From contig NC_090340.1 of NCBI RefSeq assembly GCF_035084215.1, positions 8,928,001 to 8,992,000 of the forward strand: 64,000 bases of DNA, written 5' to 3'. A model generated the notes under the pieces. The model saw only the letters and a program-made list of their open reading frames with translations, did not search any database and had not been told where the DNA came from. Origin of the DNA: Heptranchias perlo (lineage: Eukaryota). Shown here piece after piece: positions 52,527-64,000 of the stretch. The stretch's first letter is position 1. Each line of letters opens with the position of its first letter. The position numbers were made by a program, and so were the translations under genes.

Positions 52527-55500
52527 GAGCCTGGACTGGAGGGAGGGACACAGACCCTGGGAAGAAGATAAAAAAACACAGACCCGAGCTGGAGATTGAA
52601 ACACGGACCCTGGGTTGCAGATTGAAATACAAACGGTGGGTCAGAGAACTGGAGAGAGACACAGACCCTGGACTGGAGGAAGACAGGGATACTGGAATGG
52701 AGAGAAACACAGACCCTGCCCCAAATAAAGACTGTGTGACTTGACTCTGTAACCCTGAGCTGGATATTAATCAAAACAGGAAATGTGCATTGTCCAGCTC
52801 CGAAATACGTTGAATGTTTAAGAGCACAGTTTATTAATGAAGATAGTTGGTGATATGGAAGATTCCAGTGATTATCTTTATTAAAACAGGAGCGGATACA
52901 TCTGAATTCGTTTATGAGGGACGGAAGAGGAGGAAGTGAAACGATTGCGATTGTACACTGGGATATTACACTGGGCGATGTTGTTGTAGGAATAAAAAGC
53001 TCCGATTAAACTCTTCTCTCTGCTATTTCCAAGAAGGCGTTCACTTGCTTCTTTTAAAATGCGTTAAGACCTCCATTAAACAGCCCACAGAGGAATTTGC
53101 CACCATTGCGATTAACGTTCCCACCAGAATGTGGCGCCGTGTCATTCTCAGGAATGGATGTATTTTCTCAAAAACTATTAAAAATGAGAGTTTCGATTTT
53201 CTGCTGTATCTGAGATTAAAAGTTACTGTAAGTGTGTGTAGGCACGGGATTAAAATAATGAAACAAAATAACAGACCAGAAGGCAACAAATAACAGTGTA
53301 ATGAAGTACTGTAAACACAGGTGACAATCTGGCACCAAATCTGTGCTGGAAATGTTGCAATCGTCTCGGTAAAGTAACGAAATAACCTGTGCCCTTAAAC
53401 TGTCCTTTAAATATATGGACACACTGTAGATAATAACTATTGTTCCTTTCAACTATTTTGCTGTATTTTCCAGGAGATCCTTTGAAAACTGCATTTCCCC
53501 AACAACCTCCCAATTACAGAAAGACTTGTATTTATGGAACACTTTATCACATTCTCAGGATGTCCCAAAACGCTTCATCCTCATTAATTACTTTATTTAA
53601 GTGTAGCTACTGTTGTTAAGTAGCAAAACGTAGAAGATAAATTTACACACAAGGTCTCACAAACAGCATGAGATGAATCATCAGTTGATCTGTTTTTAGT
53701 TGAGGGGGGAATGTTGGCCGGGGAGAACTCCCCTGCTCTTCTTCCAATAGTGGCCGTGGGATCTTTAACATCCACGTAAACAGGCGGACGGAATCTCGGT
53801 TTAATGTTTTATCCGAAAGACGGCACCTCTGACAGTGCAGCACTCCCTCAGTACGGCACTGGGAGTGTCAGCCTGGATTACGGACTCAGGTCTGGGATTG
53901 AGGTCCCATAAACTTTTAACTCAGGTGAGAGTGGTACCAATGGAGCCAAGCTGACAACTGGATACAGTAATCCTTTTCTTGTGCTCACTAAGGCGAGGAT
54001 TGTTAGTGCTGGGGAATGAAACCCTTTCTATTTCAGGTACTCAGTGACAGCATCTCAGCATCAAACACTCCCACTCCCAGCTCAGCTATCGAATGGTAAG
54101 ATATGGAGCACAGCTCTGTCCCAACAGTGTCAGTACTGCACCAAACTGACATTTCATCCATCCTGTGAGTTCACTGAGAGAGACTCACAATTAATGCTCG
54201 GTTATGGGCGGTTTTATTCCAGATACAGGAACTGGATTGAGATGGCTCAAGCCCCTCAGCAGAGAGAGAAGACTTTCATCCCATCGTTCTACCTGGGATA
54301 TGAACCCAGGTCCCAGAGGTTAAACATCAGTGACTGACCCACTGTATCACCCAGTCCTCCCTTAAGACACTTTATTATAAAACGATCCTCCCTCAGACGG
54401 AGGAATTAACCTGTTTAAAATAAGTGGGTTAATGCTAAACTAGCGGAGTAATTTCAGATGGAGACATTAAGCATTTGCACATTAGCATCAGATGGCCTTG
54501 TTCCTGGACTTGACTCTATCAAAAGACGAACAGACTTGCATTACTATAGTGCCTTTCAGGGTGGGAGGAGCCTCATGTCGAGTATAAACACCGGCAGAGA
54601 TCTGTTGGGCCGAATGGCCTGTTTCTTGGCGATAAAATTCTATGTACCTCTATGTAACTTACTCGGGATGTCCCAAAGTGTTTCATAGCCGATGGGTGAA
54701 TTTTTGAAGTGTTGTTATGGAGACAAATACACCAATTAATTTACACACAGAAAGGTCCCACAAATGAAATAAAATGACCAGATAATCTGTTTATTGGTTT
54801 TGGTTGAGGGATAAATATTGACCAGGAAAATGGGGAGAACTCCCTTGCTCTTTGACGAGTGCAATGGGATCTTTTACATCTACCTGAGAGGGCAGACGGG
54901 GCCTCGGATTAACGACTCATCTGAAAGACGGCACCTCCAACAGTGCAGCTCACCCTCAGTACTGCACTGAAATGTCAGACTGGGTTATGTGCTCAAGTGC
55001 ATGGTGGGACAACCAACAATCTTCTAACTCAGGGGTGAGAGTGCTACTGATTGAACCAAGCTGACAGTGTAGGACCAGTGTTTTAGAATGGAATTTTTAA
55101 AAAAAATATCAATCTTTTCAGTGGGGCGGGCAGGGGTTTTTTCCATGGGGTGTTTGGATATGAGATTAAAACAAAACTACTTCAAATAGGAATTTCAAGA
55201 TAAGGTTCAAAATAGAAACATTGTTTCTTCCATTGGTCGAACAATTCAAATGAAGCAAATGAAAAGAAAAACAGTCTAGTCGGATAAAAACTCTAACATG
55301 CCAAATCCAAGTGTGTCGCTAGTCTATCAATAACTTTGCTACTAGTCACTGAAATATCCCAGTGAACATTTTAGAAACACGGGCCCAACTAATCGGTTTT
55401 CACTGGTCGAATTACAGAACTGACCGCTCTGGAGAACTTCCCCTTGTTTCTGTGTTCTGAGGAACGTTCCTTCGAAAGGAAGAGTGGTCCTGTAAAAAAG

Positions 55501-56144
55501 TCACAGGAATTTCGAGGGGTGTTTGAACATCTGACCCTGAACACCCCTCACCCCTCAGGACTCTTGTTTATGAATATTTTATTCATAACAATAAAAAGAA
55601 ACAATAATCAATAAGCTGTGTAGACACGAGGGAGAAATGTGCTCGGGTCTGGCTCCTGATCGCTGCCCATGGAACCCTGCAGGAAGTGTAGATAGGAATA
55701 TAGGAATTGCTGGATGTAAAAAGACCAAAGTCCATTCAGTTCACCTTCTACCATCCTGGTAGTCGCATGATACAATAATAATGGAGTTATTGACTAATCA
55801 TAGCTATCAATCTCCATCAATTATTCTACAACAGACAAGAAACAAGGCAAAAAACTCACTGGTGGAGAGCTTTTGGAGCCATGGTTACAAAGTCACCTGT
55901 TGCTCACGAATGTAAACAAGTGGACATCAGGTGAGGCTGAGTTGTGAAGGCTTCCTACGGCCAAAAGCACCACTGACATTTGCTGATTAGGGTCAAGAAT
56001 GGCTGATTGGGTGAGGTACTAGAGACCAACCAGTGCCCCTGTAATAATAGCCCAACAAGGCCGGCCTTCAGAAGAGGGGTTAGGGTGAGGAGAACATTGA
56101 TGCAAAATGAAGGAGCAAAGGTAAAAAAATAATAAGAAAATTCC

Positions 56145-57178
56145 TCGACTGGAGAGAGACACAGATCCTGGACTGGAGAGGGACGCAGAACCTGGACTGG
56201 AGAATGTCACATCTCCAGGCCTGGAAGGAGACACAAATCCTGGTCTGGGGGGAGGCACTGATTCTGGACTGGCAGAAGACACAGATCCTGGACTGGAGGG
56301 AGGCACTGATCCTGGACTGGAGGGAAACACAGAACCTGGACTGGAGGGAGGCACTGATCCTGGACTGGAGGGAGGCACTGATCCTGGACTGGAGGGAGGC
56401 ACAGATCCTGGACTGGAGGGAGGCACAGATCCTGGACTGGAGGGAGACACAGATCCTGGACTGGCAGAAGACACAGATCCTGGACTGGAGTGAGACACAG
56501 ATACTGGGCTGAGAGGGAGACACAGAGCCTAAACTCAAGAGAGTCCTAGATCCTGGACTGGGGGAAGACACGGATTGTGGACTTGAGAGAGACACAGATC
56601 CTGGACTGGCAGAGCACACAGATAGTGGACTGGAGGGAGGCACAGATCCTGGACTGGAGGGAGGCACAGATCCTGGACTGGAGGGAGGCACAGATCCTGG
56701 ACTGGAGGGAGGCACAGATCCTGGACTGGCAGAAGACACAGATCCTGGACTGGAGTGAGACACAGATACTGGGCTGAGAGGGAGACACAGAGCCTAAACT
56801 CAAGAGAGTCCTAGATCCTGGACTGGGGGAAGACACGGATTGTGGACTTGAGAGAGACACAGATCCTGGACTGGAGAGAGACACAGATCCTGGACTGGAG
56901 GGAGGCACAGACCCTGGACTGGAGGGAGACACAGATCCTGGCCTGAGAGGGAGACACAGAGCCTAGACTCAAGAGAGTCCGAGATCCTGGACTGGAATGA
57001 GACACAGATCATGGACTGGAGAGAGACACAGATCCTGGACTGGAGAGAGACACAGATTTTGGACTGGAGAGAGACACAGATCCTAGGCTGGAGAGAGACA
57101 CAGATCCTAGGCTAGAGAGGGACACAGATCCTGGACTGGAGAGAGACACAGATCCTGGACAGGAGAGAGACACAGATG
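56145..57178. repeat. 24-bp minisatellite (U5), uninterrupted by LINE or Penelope
   Basis: Same unit, with internal ~260-bp higher-order duplications. Confidence 0.95.
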
Positions 57179-60100
57179 CTCCCCCAAATATACAGTGTAT
57201 GAGATTCACACTGTAACTCTGGGCAGGGCATGAACCAAAACCAGAAGAGTGCACTGTCCATCTCTGAAATACGTTGAATGTTTAAGAGCACAGTTTATTA
57301 ATGAAGATAGTTGGTGATATGGAAGATTCCAGTGATTATCTTTATTAAAACAGGAGCGGATACATCTGAATTCGTTTATGAGGGACGGAAGAGGAGGAAG
57401 TGAAACGATTGCGATTGTACACTGGGATATTACACTGGGCGATGTTGTTGTAGGAATAAAAAGCTCCGATTAAACTCTTCTCTCTGCTATTTCCAAGAAG
57501 GCGTTCACTTGCTTCTTTTAAAATACGTTAAGACCTCCATTAAACAGCCCACAGAGGAATTTGCCACCATTGCGATTAACGTTCCCACCAGAATGTGGCG
57601 CCGTGTCATTCTCAGGAATGGATGTATTTTCTCAAAAACTATTAAAAATGAGAGTTTCGATTTTCTGCTGTATCTGAGATTAAAAGTTACTGTAAGTGTG
57701 TGTAGGCACGGGATTAAAATAATGAAACAAAATAACAGACCAGAAGGCAACAAATAACAGTGTAATGAAGTACTGTAAACACAGGTGACAATCTGGCACC
57801 AAATCTGTGCTGGAAATGTTGCAATAGTCTCGGTAAAGTAACGAAATAACCTGTGCCCTTAAACTGTCCTTTAAATATATGGACACACTGTAGATAATAA
57901 CTATTGTTCCTTTCAACAACGTTGCTGTATTTTCCAGGAGATCCTTTGAAAACTGCATTTCCCCAACAACCTCCCAATTACAGAAAGACTTGTATTTATG
58001 GAACACTTTATCACATTCTCAGGATGTCCAAAAACGCTTCATCCTCATTAATTACTTTAGTTAAGTGTAGCTACTGTTGTTAAGTAGCAAAACGTAGAAG
58101 ATAAATTTACACACAAGGTCTCACAAACAGCATGAGATGAATCATCAGTTGATCTGTTTTTAGTTGAGGGGGGAATGTTGGCTGGGGAGAACTCCCCAGC
58201 TCTTCTTCCAATAGTGGCCGTGGGATCTTTAACATCCACGTAAACAGGCAGACGGAATCTCGGTTTAACGTTTTATCTGAAAGACGGCACCTCTGACAGT
58301 GCAGCACTCCCTCAGTACGGCACTGGGAGTGTCAGCCTGGATTACGGACTCAGGTCTGGGATTGAGGTCCCATGAACTCATGACTCTGAGCTGAGAGTGG
58401 TACCAATGGAGCCAAGCTGACAACTGGATACAGTAATCCTTTTCTTGTGCTCACTAAGGTGAGGATTGTTAGTGCTGGGGAATGAAACCCTTTCTATTTC
58501 AGGTACTCAGTGACAGCATCTCAGCATCAAACACTCCCACTCCCAGCTCAGCTATCGAATGGTAAGATATGGAGCACAGCTCTGTCCCAACAGTGTCAGT
58601 ACTGCACCAAACTGACATTTCATCCATCCTGTGAGTTCACTGAGAGAGACTCACAATTAATGCTCGGTTATGGGCGGTTTTATTCCAGATACAGGAACTG
58701 GATTGAGATGGCACAAGCCCCTCAGCAGAGAGAGAAGACTTTCATCCCATCGTTCTACCTGGGATATGGACCCAGGTCCCAGAGGTTAAACATCAGTGAC
58801 TGACCCACTGTATCACCCAGTCCTCCCTTAAGACACTTTATTATAAAACGATCCTCCCTCAGACGGAGGAATTAACCTGTTTAAAATAAGTGGGTTAATT
58901 ATAAACTAGCAGAGTAATTTCAGATAGAGACATTAAGCATTTGCACATTTGCATCAGATGGCTTTGTTCCTGGACTTGACTGTCTCAAAAGACGAACAGA
59001 CTAACATTACTATAGCAACTTTCAGGGTGGGAGGAGCCTCATGTAGAGTATAAACACCGGCAGAGACCTGTTGGGCCGAATGGCCTTTGTCTGTGCGATA
59101 AAATTCTATGTAACACTATGTAACTTACTCGGGGTGTCCCAAAGTGTTTCATAGCCGATGGGTTAATTTTTGAAGTGTTGTTATGGAGACAAATACACCA
59201 ATTAATTTACACACAGAAAGGTCCCACAAATGAAATAAAATGACCAGATATTCAGTTTATCGGTGTTGGTTGAGGGATAAATATTGACCAGGACAATGGG
59301 GAGAACTCCCTTGCTCTTTGACGAGTGCAATGGGATCTTTCACATCCACCTGAGAGGGCAGACCGGGCTTCGGATTAACGACTCATCTGAAAGACGGCAC
59401 CTCCAACAGTGCAGCTCACCCTCAGTACTGCACTGAAATGTCAGCCTGGGTTATGTGCTCAAGTGCATGGTGGGACAACCAACAATCTTCTAACTCAGGG
59501 GTGAGAGTGCTCCCGATTGAACCAAGCTGACAGTGTAGGACCAGTGTTTTAGAATGGATTAAAAACTAAAAAATATCAATCTTTTCAGTGGGGCGGGCAG
59601 GGTTTTTTTTATATGGGGTGTTTGGATATGAGATTAAAACAAAACTACTTCAAATAGGAATTTCAAGATAAGGTTCAAAATAGAAACATTGTTTCTTCCA
59701 TTGGTCGAACAATTCAAATAAAGCAAATGAAAAGAAAAACAGTCCAGTCGGATAAAAACTCTAACATGCCAAGTCCAAGTGTGTCGCTAGTCTATCGATA
59801 ACTTTGCTACTAGTCACTGAAATATCCCGGTGAACATTTTAGAAGCACGGGCCCAACTAATCGGTTTTCACAGGTCGAATTACAGAACTGACCGCTCTGG
59901 AGAACTTCCCCTTGTTTCTGTGTTCTGAGGAACGTTCCTTCGAAAGGAAGAGTGGTCCTGTAAAAAAAGTCACAGGAATTTCGAGGGGTGTTTGAACATC
60001 TGACCCTGAACACCCCCTCACCCATCAGGACTCTTATTTATGAATATTTTATTCATAACAATAAAAAGTAACAATAAGCAATAAGCTGTAGACACGAGGG

Positions 60101-61481
60101 AGAAATGTGCTCGGGTTTGGCTCCTGATCGCTGCCCATGGAACCCTGCAGGAAGTGTAGACAGGAATATAGGAATTGCTGGATGTAAAAAGACCAAAGTC
60201 CATCTAGTTCACCTTCTACCATCCTGGTAGTCGCATGATACAATAATATTGGAGTTATTGACTAATCATAGCGATCAATCTCTATCAAATAGACTACAAC
60301 AGACCCACACATGACACCAGGAAAAAACCCACTGGTGGAGAGCTTTGGGAACCATGGGTCCAAAGTCACCTGTTCCTCCCAAGTGTACACGTGTGGACAT
60401 CAGGTGAGGCTGAGTTGTGATGGCTCCCTACAGACAAAAGCACCACTAACATTTGCTGATTAGGGTCATGAATGGCTGATTGGGTGAGGGACTAGAGACC
60501 AACCAGTGCCCCTGTAATAATAGCCCAACAAGGCAGGCCTTCAGAAGAGGGGTTAGGGTGAGGAGAACATTGATGAAAAATGGAGGAGCAAAGGTAAAAA
60601 ATAATAATAAAATCGCTCGACTGGAGGAAGACACAAATCCTGGACTGGCGGAAGACACAGATCCTGGACTGGAGAGAGGCACAGATCCTGGACTGGAGGA
60701 AGACACAGATCCTGGATTGGAGGGAGGCACAGATCCTGGAGTGGAGGCAGACACAGATCCTGGAGTGGAGGGAGGCACAGATCCTGGAGTGGAGGGAGGC
60801 ACAGATCCTGGAGTGGAGGAAGACACAGATCCTGGACTGGAGGGAGGCACAGATCCTGGAGTGGAGGAAGACACAGATCCTGGAGTGGAGGGAGGCTCAG
60901 ATCCTGGAGTGGAGGGAGGCACAGATCCTGACCTGGAGAGAGACACAGATCCTGGCCTGAGATGGAGACACACAGCCTGGACCCAAGAGAGTCCTAGATC
61001 CTGGACTGGGGGAAGACACTGATTGTGGACTGGAGAGAAACACAAATCCTGGACTGGAGTGAGACACAGATCTTGGACTGGAGAGGGACACAGAACATGG
61101 ACTAGAGAGAGAGACACACACAGATCCTCGACTGGATGAAACACAGAAGCTGGACTGGAGAGAGACACAAATCCTGTACTGGAGAGAGACACAAGTCCTG
61201 GAGTGGAGGGAGACACAGATCCTGGACAGGAAGCAGACTTAGATCCTGGACTCGAGGACGACACAGATCCTGGACTGGAGGATGAAACATATCCCAGACT
61301 GGAGAGAGACACAAATCCTGGAATGGAGGGAGGCACAGATCGTAATCTTGAAGCACCGACCCTGGACTCCAGATTGACACAGATCCTGGACTGAAGAGAG
61401 ACATGGATCCTGGACTGTGGGGAGGCACTGATACTGAATTGGAGTGAGACACAGATCCTGGACTGGATGGAGACATTGATC

Positions 61482-62086
61482 AGATCAGAGGCTGGGTATT
61501 CTGCAGCGAGTGACTCACCTCTTGACTCCCCAAATACTTTCACCATCTACAAGGCACAAGTCAGGAGTGTGATGGAATACTCTCCACTTGCCTGGATGAG
61601 TGCTGCACCAACAACACTCAAGAAGCTCGACACCATCCAGGACAACGCAGCCCTCTTGTTTGGAACCCCCTCTAATGCGTTAAACACTCAGTCCCTCCAT
61701 CACCGGTGCACAGTGGCTGCAGTGTATACCATCCACAGGATGCATTGCAGCAAATCACCAAGGCTTCTTTGACAGCACCTCCCAAACCTGCGACCTCCAT
61801 TACCTAGAAGGACCAGGGCGGCAGGCACATGGGAACAACACCACCTGCACGTTCCCCTACAAGTCACATACCATCCCGACTTGGAAATATATCGCCGTTC
61901 CTTCATCGTCACTGGGTCAAAATCCTGGGACTCCCTTCCTAACAGCAGTGTGGGAGAACCTTCACCACACGGACTGCAGCGGTTCAAGAAGACGGCTCAC
62001 CACCACCTTCTCAAGGGCAATTAGGGATGGGCAATAAATGCTGGCCTTGCCAACGACGCCCACAGCCCACGAATGAATAAAAAAAA
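61482..62086 (+). mobile_element. LINE 3' fragment (unit 6)
   Basis: Same insertion point; unit 5 lacks this fragment. Confidence 0.9.
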
Positions 62087-62107
62087 GAACCTGGACTGGT
62101 GAGAGAC

Positions 62108-64000
62108 AGAGACCCAGGGCTGGAGATTGAAATACAGACCCAGGGCTGGAGATTGAAATACAGACCCAGGGCTGGAGATTGAAACACAGACCCTGGGCTG
62201 GAGATTAAAATACAGACCCAGGGCTGGAGATTAAAATACAGACCCAGGGCTGGAGATTAAAACACAGACCCAGGGCTGGAGATTGAAATACAGACCCAGG
62301 GCTGGAGATTAAAATACAGACCCAGGACTGGAGATTGAAATACAGACCCAGGGCTGGAGATTGAAATACAGACCCAGGGCTGGAGATTGAAATACAGACC
62401 CAGGGCTGGAGATTGAAATACAGACCCAGGGCTGGAGATTAAAATACAGACCCAGGGCTGGAGATTGAAATACAGACCCAGGGCTGATGATTGAAATACA
62501 GACCCAGGGCTGGAGATTGAAATACAGACCCAGGGCTGGAGATTAAAATACAGACCTAGGGCTGGAGATTGTAATAAACACCCAGGGCTGGAGATTGAAA
62601 CACAGACCCAGGGCTGGAGATTAAAATACAGACCCAGGGCTGGAGATTGAAATACAGACCCAGGGCTGGAGATTAAAATACAGACCCAGGGCTGGAGATT
62701 GAAATACAGACCCAGGGCTGGAGATTGAAACACAGACCCAGGGCTGGAGATTGAAATACAGACCCAGGGCTGGGGATTGAAATACAGACCCAGGGCTGGA
62801 GATTAAAATACAGACCTAGGGCTGGAGATTGTAATAAACACCCAGGGCTGCAGATTGAAACACAGACCTAGGGCTGGAGATTGAAATACAGACCTACGGC
62901 TGGAGATTGAAACATAGACCTAGGGCTGGAGATTGAAATACAGACCCAGGGCTGGAGATTGAAACACAGACCTGGGGCTGGAGATTGAAATACAGACCTA
63001 GGGCTGGAGATTGAAACACAGACCCTGGGCTGGAGAGTGAAACACAGGCCTTGGGCTGGAGAGTGAAACACACACCGAGGGCTGGAGAGTGAAACACAGA
63101 CCTTGGGCTGAAGATTGAAACACAGACCCTGGGCTGGAGATTGAAATACAGACCCAGGGCTGGAGATTGAAATACAGACCCAGGGCTGGAGATTAAAATA
63201 CAGACCCAGGGCTGGAGATTGAAATACAGACCCAGGGCTGATGATTGAAATACAGACCCAGGGCTGGAGATTGAAATACAGACCCAGGGCTGGAGATTAA
63301 AATACAGACCTAGGGCTGGAGATTGTAATAAACACCCAGGGCTGGAGATTGAAACACAGACCCAGGGCTGGAGATTAAAATACAGACCCAGGGCTGGAGA
63401 TTGAAATACAGACCCAGGGCTGGAGATTAAAATACAGACCCAGGGCTGGAGATTGAAATACAGACCCAGGGCTGGAGATTGAAACACAGACCCAGGGCTG
63501 GAGATTGAAATACAGACCCAGGGCTGGGGATTGAAATACAGACCCAGGGCTGGAGATTAAAATACAGACCTAGGGCTGGAGATTGTAATAAACACCCAGG
63601 GCTGCAGATTGAAACACAGACCTAGGGCTGGAGATTGAAATACAGACCTACGGCTGGAGATTGAAACATAGACCTAGGGCTGGAGATTGAAATACAGACC
63701 CAGGGCTGGAGATTGAAACACAGACCTGGGGCTGGAGATTGAAATACAGACATATGGCTGGAGATTGAAACACAGACCCTGGGCTGGAGAGTGAAACACA
63801 GGCCTTGGGCTGGAGAGTGAAACACACACCGAGGGCTGGAGAGTGAAACACAGACCTTGGGCTGAAGATTGAAACACAGACCCTGGGCTGGAGATTGAAA
63901 CAGAGACGTAGCGCTGGAGAGTGAAAAACAGACCCTGGGCTGGAGATTGAAACACAGACCCAGGGCTGGAGATTGAAACACAGACCCAGGGCTGGAGATT
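62108..64000. repeat. 26-bp minisatellite, expanded in U6 (shorter tracts at ~40790-41130 and ~45720-45955)
   Basis: Unit gaaatacagacccagggctggagatt, about 70 copies to the window end. Confidence 0.97.

Larger units (their letters stand above)
27455..64000. repeat. Tandem segmental array of at least 6 units: U1 ~27455-35805, U2 ~35806-41310, U3 ~41311-46182, U4 ~46183-52715, U5 ~52716-57178, U6 ~57179-end
   Basis: The same core position recurs at 27792, 36135, 41640, 46512, 53045 and 57509, followed by the same order of SINEs, unique blocks and minisatellites. Confidence 0.97.

Noticed and set aside
39158-64000. Long Ser/Pro-rich or acidic ORFs (e.g. 60446-61546, 39162-39845, 62894-63487)
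   Set aside because: They are translations of the 24- and 26-bp minisatellites; lengths and frames vary between units.
27455-64000. Ig/TCR cluster or CRISPR-like array
   Set aside because: I found no heptamer-nonamer RSS or V/J/C coding sequence; the repeats lack unique spacers, there are no cas genes, and the DNA is vertebrate.

Overview
Vertebrate genomic DNA, most likely a cartilaginous fish (inferred from its SINE, CR1 and Penelope content). The left 27 kb holds nine coding exons (394 codons, all GT-AG, phases consistent) of a minus-strand cathepsin A-like serine carboxypeptidase (family S10); its last exons lie beyond the left edge. The introns are filled with CR1/L2 LINEs, DeuSINE-, AmnSINE2- and tRNA-headed SINEs, a MITE and minisatellites. 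From about 250 bp upstream of the ATG to the window end (about 27.45-64 kb) there is a tandem array of at least six 4.5-8.3 kb units arranged as a 3-unit higher-order repeat. Each unit has a near-invariant core with PU.1/IRF, STAT and STAT6-type motifs, hairpins and + strand splice signals, plus 24-bp and/or 26-bp minisatellites. Units 1 and 4 carry a Penelope-like element with a minimal hammerhead ribozyme. The best candidate for a new system is this multiplied cytokine/myeloid-type regulatory module, or a spliced divergent transcript, sitting on a lysosomal gene promoter; that reading is inference from motifs only. All repeat-family names come from recalled consensus sequences, not searches, and repeat boundaries are approximate.
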